Position numbers and translations under genes: made by a program. Positions 27,372 to 36,896 of a DNA stretch of 64,000 bases are shown piece by piece. The notes below the pieces were generated by a model. The model worked only from the letters and a program-made list of their open reading frames with translations. It searched no databases and was not told the DNA's origin. This DNA is from Pseudomonadota bacterium (GTDB taxonomy: Bacteria > Pseudomonadota > Alphaproteobacteria > Rhodobacterales > Rhodobacteraceae): the NCBI GenBank assembly GCA_041191745.1, contig JBEEOG010000146.1, positions 2,229 through 66,228 of the forward strand, read 5' to 3'. Within the stretch, counting starts at the first letter, position 1, and each line of letters starts with the position of its first letter.

Positions 27372-28079
27372 ATGCCGGACACGCCCCAGACCGCCGCGAC
27401 CACGACCCTGCGCCTGCGCGCCCTGCCTGCGGGCGCGGCGGGGCGGGCGCTCTGCCTGCGGGCGGGGGATATCCTTGTCGCCGTCAACGGACGGCCCTTC
27501 GCGGGCGATGCCGCCGCGCTGGCCAAGCGCTTTGCCGCGCGGCGCGGTCAGGCGCTGGCCTTGGGCTTCCGCAGGGGCGATCAGGTGCTGACCGTCCTTG
27601 CCGACGACCCCGCGCCGGGCCAGTGGGAGGTGATCCCCGCCCCCCCGCCCGAAGAGGGGCTGGCACGGATCGACCCCGATCTGGTGCGAAACTGGGAAAT
27701 CCTGCGCGCCATCGACGGGACCTATGACCTGCATCCGCTGCGCCCGTCGCTGCTGGCGCTGCTGGCCCCGCCGCTCTGGCTGCTCCAGATGCGGCTCTGG
27801 GTGCCCTTTGCCACGCTTGTCACCGCGCTGGCGGCGGGGGCGCTCGTGGCGCTGTGGGTGCCGCTTCTGGTCTGGGGGGCAAGCGTGCTGCACATCCGCC
27901 ACGCCGCGCCCGCCCATGTCCGGCTGGACCGCCGCGCGCGGGGGCTGGCAATCCATGCCGTCCACGCCGCACGGACCGAGGCCGAGGCGCACGCGATCCA
28001 CCGCCGCCTGCACCCCGCCGACCGCTTCCTGTTCGAAACGCCGCCCGCCCTCGCACAGGGCGAACCCGAAAAGGCCTGA
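27372..28079 (+). CDS. Hypothetical membrane protein: PDZ-like N-terminus plus DUF2628-like TM region
   Basis: LRAGDILVAVNG (PDZ-type); SLLALLAPPLWLLQMRLW and RRARGL..V.AARTEAEA; starts 1 nt after the motF stop. Confidence 0.65.
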   Translation: MPDTPQTAATTTLRLRALPAGAAGRALCLRAGDILVAVNGRPFAGDAAALAKRFAARRGQALALGFRRGDQVLTVLADDPAPGQWEVIPAPPPEEGLARIDPDLVRNWEILRAIDGTYDLHPLRPSLLALLAPPLWLLQMRLWVPFATLVTALAAGALVALWVPLLVWGASVLHIRHAAPAHVRLDRRARGLAIHAVHAARTEAEAHAIHRRLHPADRFLFETPPALAQGEPEKA

Positions 28080-28085
28080 CGGCCG

Positions 28086-28111
28086 GCGGCGCGGAACCGG
28101 CCCCGCGCCGC
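28086..28111. terminator. Hairpin between convergent operons
   Basis: GCGGCGCGG-N8-CCGCGCCGC; no U tract. Confidence 0.35.
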
Positions 28112-28137
28112 GGGCGCAGGGGCCATGGCGCTTCGGC

Positions 28138-28413
28138 TCAGATGCTTTCGGCGCGCTTTTCGGGGTCGATGATCTGGCCGAAGCGGATGCCGAAGCGTTC
28201 GCCCACCATCACCACCTCGCCCTTGGCGATCAGGGTGCCGTTCACCAGCACGTCCAGCGGGTCGCCCGCCATCCGGTCCAGCTCGATCACCGACCCTTCG
28301 TTCAGGCGCAGCAGGTCGCGGATCGTCAGCTCGGCGCGGCCGACCTCCACCGTCATCCTGACGCCGATGTTTTCCAGCAGGCGCAGCCCTTCGGTCGCGG
28401 TCTTGTCGTTCAT
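28138..28413 (-). CDS. fliN: C-ring protein FliN
   Basis: TVEVGR..IRDLL.L.EGSVIELDR.AGDPLD.LVNG.LIA.GEVV. Confidence 0.96.
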   Translation of the reverse strand: MNDKTATEGLRLLENIGVRMTVEVGRAELTIRDLLRLNEGSVIELDRMAGDPLDVLVNGTLIAKGEVVMVGERFGIRFGQIIDPEKRAESI

Positions 28414-28425
28414 CGTCCTGTCTCC

Positions 28426-29394
28426 TCAGGTTCTGGCGCGGCGGGTGACGGAGAGGGCGGATTTCCCCGCGACCTCGCCCGCGACCGCCTCGTAAAGGGG
28501 GGTGCCGTCCACAAGGATCTGCACCGTCTCGGTCAGGGTGACGGGGATCACGTCCCCGGTCTGAAGCTGCATCAGCTGGCGCAGCGGAATTTCGGGTTCG
28601 GCCATCCGTGCGGTCACGGCCAGCGGGATGGCCATCACCGCCCGCTCCAGCCGGTCGCGCCAGCTGCGGTCATCGTCCAGCGTGTCGGACTGCATGCGCG
28701 AGCGCAGCTGGCTTGCGATCGGCTTCAGCGTCTGCAGCGGGTAGAGGATGTCGAAACTCGCCGGCTCGATCCCCGGAAGCTGCACCATGAAGGAACAGTT
28801 GACCACCATGTCCTCGCCATCGACGAAGGCCGCGAACTGCATGTTCTCCTCGCGTCCGACGACATTCAGCGTCAGCGACATCAGGTCCCGCCACGCCAGC
28901 ACCAGCGCGTGGTTCAGCCGGTCGGTCACGATCTCGATCACGCGCTGTTCGGTGGCGGTGAATTCGCTGCGGCTGGCCTTGATGGCGCGGATCGCCCCGC
29001 CATAGTAGGCGTCGGTGAGGATCGAGATGAAGGCGGGCGGCATCACGATCAGCTGGTTGCCGCGCAATTCCTCGATCCGCGTATTGGTCAGGCTGACGAA
29101 ATTGTCCTGCGCGTTGCGGTAGTCGTCGAAACTGCGGACCTCGGGCGGAAAGGCCGAGATGCGGGGCTGGATGCGGAGCATCGGCAGAAAGACCGACCGC
29201 GCGATCCGGCAGAAGCGTTCGTTGATCATCCGGAGCGCGTGGTAATCCCCCAGCGCCGAATGGTCGTTGGACCCGAAGGCATAGGGCTTGATCTCGGCCC
29301 CGTTGAGCGAGCCGCCGGGATCCGATCCGCCGTCGAGCAGGCCGCCGACCAGCGCGGCGACCTCGTTCGCGGAAAGCTTGCGCGGGGCTGCCAT
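28426..29394 (-). CDS. fliM: C-ring protein FliM
   Basis: N-terminal LSANEVAAL CheY-binding motif, INERF.R, EFT.TE, C-terminal SpoA domain. Confidence 0.94.
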   Translation of the reverse strand: MAAPRKLSANEVAALVGGLLDGGSDPGGSLNGAEIKPYAFGSNDHSALGDYHALRMINERFCRIARSVFLPMLRIQPRISAFPPEVRSFDDYRNAQDNFVSLTNTRIEELRGNQLIVMPPAFISILTDAYYGGAIRAIKASRSEFTATEQRVIEIVTDRLNHALVLAWRDLMSLTLNVVGREENMQFAAFVDGEDMVVNCSFMVQLPGIEPASFDILYPLQTLKPIASQLRSRMQSDTLDDDRSWRDRLERAVMAIPLAVTARMAEPEIPLRQLMQLQTGDVIPVTLTETVQILVDGTPLYEAVAGEVAGKSALSVTRRART

Positions 29395-29404
29395 CGCGCG
29401 CCCC

Positions 29405-29989
29405 CTACTGCATCACGAAGGTGGGAAAGAAGACATCCTCGATCCCGCCGAAGCCTTCCATCCGTTCCAGCCGCGCGTTGATGGCGGCGCGGATCGCCCC
29501 GGCCAGCGCCTTGCGCCCCGCGATGCCCGCCATCTGTTCCTCGGTGAAGGTCGACACCACCCCGAGGATGTCCGAGGTCAGCGCGGGAACATGCGCCTCT
29601 ACATTGGCGATCACGGCGGGGTCGTATTGCGTGGACACCCCGACCGTCAGTTGCAGGAAGCGCGACGAGCCCGACAGGTTCGACGTCAGCGGTTCGGGAA
29701 AGGTGAAGTAGGAGGTGACGAAGAACTCCTGCTCCGGCACGGGTTTCGGCACCTTCTTGTGGCCTTCGCCATCGTCTTCGCCGGCCTCTGCCGCGGCGTC
29801 CGGCGCGGCCGCTTCGGGGGCGATCAGGCGCAGCACGTCCTCGGCGGGCGACAGGGGGTTGGCAAAGTAGAAGAACCCCGCGCCGAAGCCCGCCCCAACC
29901 AGCGCGGCAGAGCCGGCAAGCAGGCCCAGAAGGCGCAGGATGCGCCCCTTGGGGCGGGGTTGGGGGCTGTCGGCGGTTTGGGTGGCCAT
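29405..29989 (-). CDS. fliL: Flagellar basal body protein FliL
   Basis: N-terminal TM; YF.F.EPLTSNL..S.RFLQ; IEDVFFPTFVMQ. Confidence 0.92.
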   Translation of the reverse strand: MATQTADSPQPRPKGRILRLLGLLAGSAALVGAGFGAGFFYFANPLSPAEDVLRLIAPEAAAPDAAAEAGEDDGEGHKKVPKPVPEQEFFVTSYFTFPEPLTSNLSGSSRFLQLTVGVSTQYDPAVIANVEAHVPALTSDILGVVSTFTEEQMAGIAGRKALAGAIRAAINARLERMEGFGGIEDVFFPTFVMQ

Positions 29990-30002
29990 GACGGGCGTCT
30001 CC

Positions 30003-31241
30003 TCAGGCGACGATGTTCAAAAGGCCGCTCATGCGGCGCGGAAGGGCAGAGAGGGCGGCGCTTCGCGGGCCGGACGGCGCGGCGGGCAGGGCATCGCCTT
30101 CGCCCCCGCGCGGGCGGGACCGCGGGTCGCGCCCGCTGCGGGCCTGCGCGTCATGCTGGGCGAGGGCCAGCCCCGCACGGGCCAGCGCGTCGGCAAGGCG
30201 CGCTTCGGCCTGCTGGAAAAGCTGTGCCGCCTGCGGGGTGTCGGTCACGATGCGGACCTGCGCCGCGCCATCCTCCATCCCGATCCGGATTTCGACGGGG
30301 CCGAGCGTTTCGGGAATCAGCATGAGTTCGATCTCCTGCCCCGTGCCGTCGAGCCGCAGGGAAAGCCCCTCGGCCAGACGCGTCTCCCAGTCGGGCAGGC
30401 GGGTGTCGAGCGGCATCTGGCGCGGCGCGGCGGTGGGGGGCGGGGCGGTCTGGGTCTGCGACAGCGCGTCCGTCAGCGCAGGGGCGGGCGGGGCCATGGC
30501 GGCATCGCCTGCGGGCGTCGCGGGCAGGGGGGCTGCGGCGAAGATGGCTTTGGCCTCCGGCTTGGCATCGGCTTTGGAATCGGGCGGCGTGTCGGTCGGG
30601 GCGGATCCGCGCGCTGCGGCAGGGCGCGGCGCGCGCGGGTCGGCCCTCTCTCCGGCCTTGGCGGCGGTCTTGGCGGCGGGCGCGTCAGGGGCGGGCGCAT
30701 CGCCCCCTGCGGCTTTGCCCGTGCCCGTCGCGGTCGCCGGTGCTGCGGCGGGCAGGGGCTGGGGCGCGACCGTCGCCACTGGGGGCAGGCTTTCGCCATC
30801 CGCCGTGTCGGCGGGCGCGTCTTCGGCCACGGTCTCGGCCGTGCCGCCAATGTCGGTGTCGCCCTCTGTCTGCGCCATGCTTTCCGGCGGCAGGGCGGCC
30901 GCGGCCCCCCCGCCCGCGGGCGGGGTCGGGGCTGCGGGCGGATCGGCGCTGCCGGGCGCTTCGGCGGGTGCGGCCGCTTCCACTGGTCCGGAGGCGGGCG
31001 CGAATGCAGGCGCGCCGGCCGCAAGGCGCGACAGGATCGCCCCGACACTCGGCGGCACGGCTTCGGGTGCGGCTTCTGGGGCGGGCGCAGGCGCGGCGGC
31101 GTCGCCTGCCGCCCGCAGCCCGCCAGCCTGTGCCAGTGCCGCCGCGAAATCGCCCCCGCCCGTCGCGCCTTTGGCGGCGGGCGCGGTCGGGGCGGGCAGC
31201 GTGTCGGCGGTCGGCGGGGTCAGGGTCAGGTCGGCGATCAT
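30003..31241 (-). CDS. fliK: Hook-length control protein FliK
   Basis: Long Ala/Pro-rich region then LIPETLGPVEIRI..LADAL..GL domain. Confidence 0.88.
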   Translation of the reverse strand: MIADLTLTPPTADTLPAPTAPAAKGATGGGDFAAALAQAGGLRAAGDAAAPAPAPEAAPEAVPPSVGAILSRLAAGAPAFAPASGPVEAAAPAEAPGSADPPAAPTPPAGGGAAAALPPESMAQTEGDTDIGGTAETVAEDAPADTADGESLPPVATVAPQPLPAAAPATATGTGKAAGGDAPAPDAPAAKTAAKAGERADPRAPRPAAARGSAPTDTPPDSKADAKPEAKAIFAAAPLPATPAGDAAMAPPAPALTDALSQTQTAPPPTAAPRQMPLDTRLPDWETRLAEGLSLRLDGTGQEIELMLIPETLGPVEIRIGMEDGAAQVRIVTDTPQAAQLFQQAEARLADALARAGLALAQHDAQARSGRDPRSRPRGGEGDALPAAPSGPRSAALSALPRRMSGLLNIVA

Positions 31242-31274
31242 GCGGGGGGCCTGCGGAAGCTTTGGCCCCGAGGG

Positions 31275-31290
31275 TGCAAGATCGGTGCCA
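31275..31290 (-). promoter_or_regulatory. sigma54 promoter of fliKLMN
   Basis: Minus strand TGGCAC-CGATC-TTGCA right after the fliJ stop. Confidence 0.88.
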
Positions 31291-31719
31291 TCACGGCCCC
31301 GTCCGCAATCCCGTCTGGCGCGGCGGCAGCATCGCCTCGGCCCGCGCCTGCCGGTCGTCGCGCGCCGCCTGCCGCGCCGCCCCCGCCTTGTCGGCCAGAA
31401 GGTCGCGGCGGTGTTCGCGCTGCGCGAGCGCCCCCTGCGCGGCGGCGAGTTTGCGCGCCAGCCCGTCGCGCAGGCCGTGCTGGCGGGCGGCCTCGGCCAG
31501 AAGCTGGCCGGTCAGGATGCGGTCGCTGCGGATGTCGGTTGCCAGCCGCGCCACGGGCGGAGCGGCGCGCCGCTGGTCGATCATCGCCTCCAGCCGCGCG
31601 GCCATGGCCTGCGCCTCGGCCAGACGGCGGGTCAGGTCGGCCACGCGGGCCAGCATCGCCGCCACCGCCGCCCGTTCCTTCAGCGCCATCAGGCCAAGGA
31701 TGCGCGCGCGGTCGGTCAT
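31291..31719 (-). CDS. fliJ: Flagellar export protein FliJ
   Basis: 142-aa coiled-coil protein coupled to fliI, between fliI and fliK. Confidence 0.75.
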   Translation of the reverse strand: MTDRARILGLMALKERAAVAAMLARVADLTRRLAEAQAMAARLEAMIDQRRAAPPVARLATDIRSDRILTGQLLAEAARQHGLRDGLARKLAAAQGALAQREHRRDLLADKAGAARQAARDDRQARAEAMLPPRQTGLRTGP

Positions 31720-33041
31720 GCCGCCCTGCCCGTCAGCGTGATCAGCGCGGCGCGGGCCTCGGCAAAGGGCGCGGGGTCGTGCGGGTGCTGGCGGATGAAA
31801 TCCTCGATCCGCGGCCAGAGGCGGATCGCCTCGTCCAGATCGGGGTCCTGCCCCGCCACATAGCCGCCCATCAGCATCAGGTCGCGGTTGTCCATGTAAA
31901 GCGCGATCAGGCGGCGCAGGCGGCGGGCGGCCATCTGGTGGTCGGGATCGGTGATGTCGCCCATCACGCGGCTTGCCGATTGCGGCAGGTCGATGGCCGG
32001 ATAGATGCCCATCTGCGTCTGCCGCCGCGACAGCACGAAATGCCCGTCGAGGATCGCCCGCGCGGTATCGACGACGGGATCGTTCGTCGTGTCGTCGCCA
32101 TCGGCCAGCACGGTGTAGACCCCCGTGATCGCCCCCTCTCCGGCCAAGCCCGGCCCCGTGCGTTCGATCAGCGACGGGATGAGCGAGATGACCGAGGGCG
32201 GATAGCCCTTGGCCGTGGGCTGTTCGCCCAAGGCCAGCCCGATCTCGCGCTGGGCATGGGCGACGCGGGTCAGGCTGTCGATGATCAGAAGCACCTGCCT
32301 GCCCTGCGCGCGGAAGTATTCCGCCACCGCCGTCGCCCGCCGCGCCGCGCGCAGGCGCAACAGGGGCGAACGGTCGGCGGGCACGGCGACCATGGCGATC
32401 CGTGCCGCGGCGTCGCCCTGCATGATCTGGCGGACAAAGGCACCCACCTCGCGCGCGCGCTCGCCGATCAGGCCCACGACGACGACATCGGCCACGCTAA
32501 AGCGGGCCATCATCTCCATCAGCACCGACTTGCCGACGCCGGAGCCTGCGATGATCCCGAAGCGCTGGCCCTGCCCCACCGACAGCGCCGCGTTGATGAC
32601 GCGCACCCCGATATCCAGCGGCCTGTCCACCGGCATGCGCGCCAGCGGGTTCATCAGCCGCCCCGCCAGTGGCCAGCGCCCCGTGCAGCGCGGCGGGGGC
32701 AGACCGTCGAGCGGATGGCCTTCGGCATCCACCACGCGGCCGAGGAGTTCGGGGCCCACCTCGGCCTCGTGCCCGCCGTCGATGACGTGGAGCCGCGCCC
32801 CCGCGACGATCGCTGCGCCCGGCTGGTTCAGGAACAGCAGCGTCCGCCCGTCGCGGAAGCCGATGACCTCTCCCTGCACTGGCGCGCCGGTTTCGGTTGC
32901 GATCTCGCACAGCGTGCCGGGGCTGGCGGGAAAGCCCGTGGCTTCGAGGATCAGCCCGTCATAGCGCAGCACGCGCCCTTCGACGCGGGGCGCGCGTGGG
33001 GCAAGGCGCAGGGACAGGTCGGCGGCCAGACGGTCCAGCAT
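31716..33041 (-). CDS. fliI: Flagellar export ATPase FliI
   Basis: GSGVGKS Walker A, LIGER.REV, DSLTR.A.AQREIGL, ARAILDGH. Confidence 0.97.
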   Translation of the reverse strand: MLDRLAADLSLRLAPRAPRVEGRVLRYDGLILEATGFPASPGTLCEIATETGAPVQGEVIGFRDGRTLLFLNQPGAAIVAGARLHVIDGGHEAEVGPELLGRVVDAEGHPLDGLPPPRCTGRWPLAGRLMNPLARMPVDRPLDIGVRVINAALSVGQGQRFGIIAGSGVGKSVLMEMMARFSVADVVVVGLIGERAREVGAFVRQIMQGDAAARIAMVAVPADRSPLLRLRAARRATAVAEYFRAQGRQVLLIIDSLTRVAHAQREIGLALGEQPTAKGYPPSVISLIPSLIERTGPGLAGEGAITGVYTVLADGDDTTNDPVVDTARAILDGHFVLSRRQTQMGIYPAIDLPQSASRVMGDITDPDHQMAARRLRRLIALYMDNRDLMLMGGYVAGQDPDLDEAIRLWPRIEDFIRQHPHDPAPFAEARAALITLTGRAA

Positions 33042-33787
33042 CAGCGCGTGTCCAGCAGGTCGGACAGCACGATGCCGTCGGCCCGCACCTCGGCATCGCC
33101 GCGGGCAAGGCGCGGGTCGGGCAGGATCGTCGTGCCCGCCAGCGCGCTGTCGCCCAGATGCGGGGCGATGGCGGCCAGATCGTCGGGGTTCAGCCGCAGC
33201 GTCACGTCGCGCATCCCCTGCGCCACGCGGTCGGCCAGCGCCTCGATCCGCGCGAGGAAGGGCAGGGGCAGCGCGTCGATGGCCTGCCCCGCCCGCTGCG
33301 CCGCCAGTTGCCGGACGGCCGCGGCGATCATGTCGGCCAGCGCGGGCAGGCCGTCGGGTGCGGCGGCAAGGCCCCGCGCCACGGCCAGAAAGGCATCCCG
33401 CGCGGCGGCAAGGTCGGCGTCCGCCGCCGCCCGCCCTTCGGCGCGGCCCCGTTCGATGCCGCGCGCCATGCCTTCGGTCAGGCCCGCCGCATGGCCCTCG
33501 GCCCGCGCCTCTGCCAGAAGCTGCGCCGGATCGGGCGGCGGCGGGGCGGCGTCGTCCGGCGGCAGGAGTTCGGGCAGGACGGGCGCGGGGGCAGGGGCGG
33601 CGCGGTCGGGCTGGTCCAGCCGCGCGGCGCGGAAGCTGCCATCCACCGCGACCAGCGGCGCGCGGCCCGTGAAGCCCCCGCCTGTGCCCGCGCGCAGCCG
33701 CGCGGCAAGCTGGGCGGGCGACAGCGCCGCATCGGCGGGCGCCGGCGCGGGGGCGGGTTCGGGCGTGCGTTCGGCAGGCTGGGCCAT
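33041..33787 (-). CDS. fliH: Flagellar assembly protein FliH
   Basis: AxxxG(xxxG)n repeats AEGHAAGLTEGMARGIERGRAEG; LRLNPDD; DP.L.RGD. Confidence 0.88.
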   Translation of the reverse strand: MAQPAERTPEPAPAPAPADAALSPAQLAARLRAGTGGGFTGRAPLVAVDGSFRAARLDQPDRAAPAPAPVLPELLPPDDAAPPPPDPAQLLAEARAEGHAAGLTEGMARGIERGRAEGRAAADADLAAARDAFLAVARGLAAAPDGLPALADMIAAAVRQLAAQRAGQAIDALPLPFLARIEALADRVAQGMRDVTLRLNPDDLAAIAPHLGDSALAGTTILPDPRLARGDAEVRADGIVLSDLLDTR

Positions 33788-33790
33788 CGC

Positions 33791-34846
33791 TTACACCATC
33801 TGCTCGCCGCCGCGGCCCGCCAGCACGATCGTGCCGTCATCCGACAGCCGCCGCGCGGTGGCGATGATCGCCTTCTGCGCCTCTTGCACCTCGGTCAGGC
33901 GGACGGGGCCGAGCGCCTCCATCTCGTCGCGGATATTGGCGGCGGCGCGGGTGGACATGCAGCCCAGAAGCTTTTCGCGCAGGACGTCGTCCGCCCCTTT
34001 CAGCGCGAGGACAACCTGTTCGGGTTCCACCTCGCGCAGCAGGGTCTGCAGGCTGCGGTCGTCGGATTTCACGAGGTTGTCGAAGACGAACATGTTGTCC
34101 TGGATGGCCTGCATCAGGTCTTTGTCGTCTTTCCGCACCTCGCGCATGATGCGCTGTTCCATCATCGTCTTGGTGAAGTTCATGATCCGCGCGGCGGCCT
34201 TGACGCCGCCGATCTGGCTGGCCCGCGTGGTGGCCGATGCCTTGAACTTGCGCTGCATCACATGTTCCAGATCGCGCAGCGCCTCGGGCTGCACCGTGTT
34301 CAGGTTGGCGATGCGGGTGACGATGTCGGGCTGCTGGCCTTCGGGCAGCATGGTCAGCACATCGGCGGCAAGCCCGTAATCCAGACAGGCGATGACCAGC
34401 GCGATGATCTGGGGGTGTTCGTCCGCGATCAGCTCTGCGATGGAACGGGCATCCATCCAGTCGAGGATCTCGATCGGCCGTTCGGCCGAGGCGGGGTTGA
34501 TCCGGCTGATCACGGACTGGGCTTTGTCCTCGCCCAGCGCCTCGGTCATCATGGTGCGGATGTAATGGGGCGTGCCGTGGCCCAGCCCCGTTTCCTGCGT
34601 CAGCCCGATCAGGAATTCCTCCACCACCTGTTCCAGCGTTTCCTGATCGACATCGCCCACGGCATACATGGCGGCGCCAAGGCTCTGCACCTCGGGCGGC
34701 GTCAGGTTCTTCAGAACGGCGGCGGCGGCGCGTTCGCCAAACAGCAGCATCAGCACGGCGGCGCGTTCCAGACGCGTCAGGTAGACGCGGTGGGGCGCTT
34801 CGGCGGGGGCGGGGTCGGGGAGGTTGGCATTGCGCGGGGCGGGCAT
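33791..34846 (-). CDS. fliG: Motor switch protein FliG
   Basis: RAAVLML..GE, EHPQ, GG..AA.I.N, MFVFDNL, MS.RAA..I.DEM. Confidence 0.97.
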   Translation of the reverse strand: MPAPRNANLPDPAPAEAPHRVYLTRLERAAVLMLLFGERAAAAVLKNLTPPEVQSLGAAMYAVGDVDQETLEQVVEEFLIGLTQETGLGHGTPHYIRTMMTEALGEDKAQSVISRINPASAERPIEILDWMDARSIAELIADEHPQIIALVIACLDYGLAADVLTMLPEGQQPDIVTRIANLNTVQPEALRDLEHVMQRKFKASATTRASQIGGVKAAARIMNFTKTMMEQRIMREVRKDDKDLMQAIQDNMFVFDNLVKSDDRSLQTLLREVEPEQVVLALKGADDVLREKLLGCMSTRAAANIRDEMEALGPVRLTEVQEAQKAIIATARRLSDDGTIVLAGRGGEQMV

Positions 34847-34855
34847 GGCGGACCT

Positions 34856-36574
34856 TCAGGAATTCGTCGGCATGTCGGCCTTCATCATCTTCTGGATGAC
34901 CGAGGCGATGCGGACAGGGTCTTCGGCGGCGATCTGGCGCAGGACGGCGAATTTCTCCTCGCGCGTGGTGGCGGCCCCCAGCGCGGCATTGGTCAGCCGC
35001 GCCAGCCGCGCATCGAGCCGCGCCTGCACGTCATCGAGCGTCTCGCCCTCGCCCACCTCGACCCCCGGCACGGCCCCGATGGCGACGGATTGCGGCGCGG
35101 GCAGGTCGGCATGGGCCGACAGGCGCATCAGCAGCGGCCGCACGATCCCCAGCGCGACGATGGCCAGCCCCGCGATCAGGGCAAGCTGGCGCGTGGCTTC
35201 GGGCAGCCATGACAGGTCCACGGGCCGGGTGACCGCGACCGTTTCGGTGACGAAGGGCTGGGCGGCGATGGTGATGCTGTCGCCGCGTTCCGCATCGAAG
35301 CCGATGGCGGTCTGGGCCAGCCGTTCCAGATCGGCCCTCAGCGCGGGGGGCAGCAGGGGCGGGGGTTCGGCCCCCTCTTCCGGCGCGGTTTCGGGCGCGG
35401 TTTCGGGCGGGGCGGCGCGCATCAGGATCGCGGCCGAGATGCGGGTGATCCGCGCCACGGCGGGCTGGGTGGTCGAGACGGTCTTGGACACCTCGTAGTT
35501 GCGCGTCAGGTTCGAGCTGCGGTTTTCGGCGACATCGGTGCCGCCCTGCGGGGCGGGCGTGCCCTGCGGGGCGGGGTCGGCCTGCACGGGCGGGGTGTTC
35601 GACACCGCGCCGGGGATGCCGCGCGCAGAGGGGGCGGAACTGTTCGTCTCGCTGCTCTGTTCGGACACCAGCGCCGAACGGGCGGGGTCCACCCGTTCCT
35701 CGGTGATCTGGCTTTGCGTGAATTCCATGTCCACCGTCACCTGCACCGACAGGTTGCCTGCCCCCGCGATGGGGGTCAGCAGCGCCTCGATCCGTTCGCG
35801 GTAAAGCCGTTCCAGCTCGATCCGGTGCTGCAGCTGGCGGTCCGACACAACGGCCAGCGGATCATCCCCGCCGCGCGACAGAAGGCGGCCCATCTGGTCC
35901 ACCACCGTCACATCCCCCCGCGCCATGCCGGGCACGGAGGAGGAGACGAGGTTCACCACCGCCTCCACCTGCGCCGCTTCCAGCACGCGGCCGGGCGCGA
36001 GCGTCAGGAAGACCGAGGCGCGGGGCGGTTTGGTGTCGCGCAGGAAGGCGGTCTTTTCCGGCAGCGCCAGATGCACCCGCGCCCCCGCGATGGCGGCGAT
36101 TTCGGTGATCGAACGGGCAAGGTCGGCTTCCTGCGCCTGCCGCAGGCGGGTGGCTTCGACCGACCGGCTGGCACCCATCGGCAATTCGCCCAGCACCGCA
36201 TCGGCATCGGGCATGGATTGCGGCAGCCCCTGCGCCGCCAGCGCCATCCGCGCGCGGTGGTAATCGGCCGAGGGCACCTCCACCTCGCCGGTCAGGCTGT
36301 CTACCGTGGCCTCGATCCCCGTGCCGGCCAGCGCCTCGACCACGCGGGCCTTCTCGGCCTCGGCCATGCCGGGGTAGAGGGTCACGCGCGCGGGTTCGCG
36401 CAGCAGGACAAAGGCCCCCATCGCCAGAACGGCGACGGTCAGGATCAGGATGGCGGGCATGGCGCGGCGCATCGCCGGCTGCCGGCCCATACGCAGCACA
36501 TGGCTGACCGCGCCCCTGGCCTGCGCCACGAGGGGGTTGCCACCGCCGGATGCGGGAACGGGGGAAAGGGCCAT
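34856..36574 (-). CDS. fliF: MS-ring protein FliF
   Basis: ARVHLALPE, ASVFL, VVDQ.GRLL, GIPGA.SN.PP, NYEV, IGFD..RGD; two TMs. Confidence 0.96.
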   Translation of the reverse strand: MALSPVPASGGGNPLVAQARGAVSHVLRMGRQPAMRRAMPAILILTVAVLAMGAFVLLREPARVTLYPGMAEAEKARVVEALAGTGIEATVDSLTGEVEVPSADYHRARMALAAQGLPQSMPDADAVLGELPMGASRSVEATRLRQAQEADLARSITEIAAIAGARVHLALPEKTAFLRDTKPPRASVFLTLAPGRVLEAAQVEAVVNLVSSSVPGMARGDVTVVDQMGRLLSRGGDDPLAVVSDRQLQHRIELERLYRERIEALLTPIAGAGNLSVQVTVDMEFTQSQITEERVDPARSALVSEQSSETNSSAPSARGIPGAVSNTPPVQADPAPQGTPAPQGGTDVAENRSSNLTRNYEVSKTVSTTQPAVARITRISAAILMRAAPPETAPETAPEEGAEPPPLLPPALRADLERLAQTAIGFDAERGDSITIAAQPFVTETVAVTRPVDLSWLPEATRQLALIAGLAIVALGIVRPLLMRLSAHADLPAPQSVAIGAVPGVEVGEGETLDDVQARLDARLARLTNAALGAATTREEKFAVLRQIAAEDPVRIASVIQKMMKADMPTNS

Positions 36575-36580
36575 CTTCGG

Positions 36581-36886
36581 TTACACCGGCATGTTCATGA
36601 TGTCGCGGTAGGCCCCCAGCGCCTTGTTCCGCACGTTCAGGGCGAACTGGAAGCCCAGCGAGGAAATCTGCTGCTCCACCATCACCGCGGCGAGGTCCGA
36701 GCGTTCGCCCCGTTCAAAGGCGCGCGCGGCTTCCGAGGCGTTGGACTGCGCGCGGGCCAGATCCTCGACCGCGCTGCCGATGCGGTCGGCAAAGCCGGTC
36801 GTCTCGGGCTTGGCGGGCTGTTCGACGCGCGGCGCGGCGGCGGCAAAGGGCAGCGGCTGGAAGCCGTTGATCGGGCCGATGGACAT
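36581..36886 (-). CDS. fliE: Hook-basal body protein FliE
   Basis: C-terminal VRNKALGAYRDIMNMPV. Confidence 0.96.
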   Translation of the reverse strand: MSIGPINGFQPLPFAAAAPRVEQPAKPETTGFADRIGSAVEDLARAQSNASEAARAFERGERSDLAAVMVEQQISSLGFQFALNVRNKALGAYRDIMNMPV

Positions 36887-36896
36887 GGGGTGCCCC

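Noticed and set aside
29940-35212. 1479-aa and 771-aa plus-strand ORFs
   Set aside because: Antisense shadows of fliK-fliF
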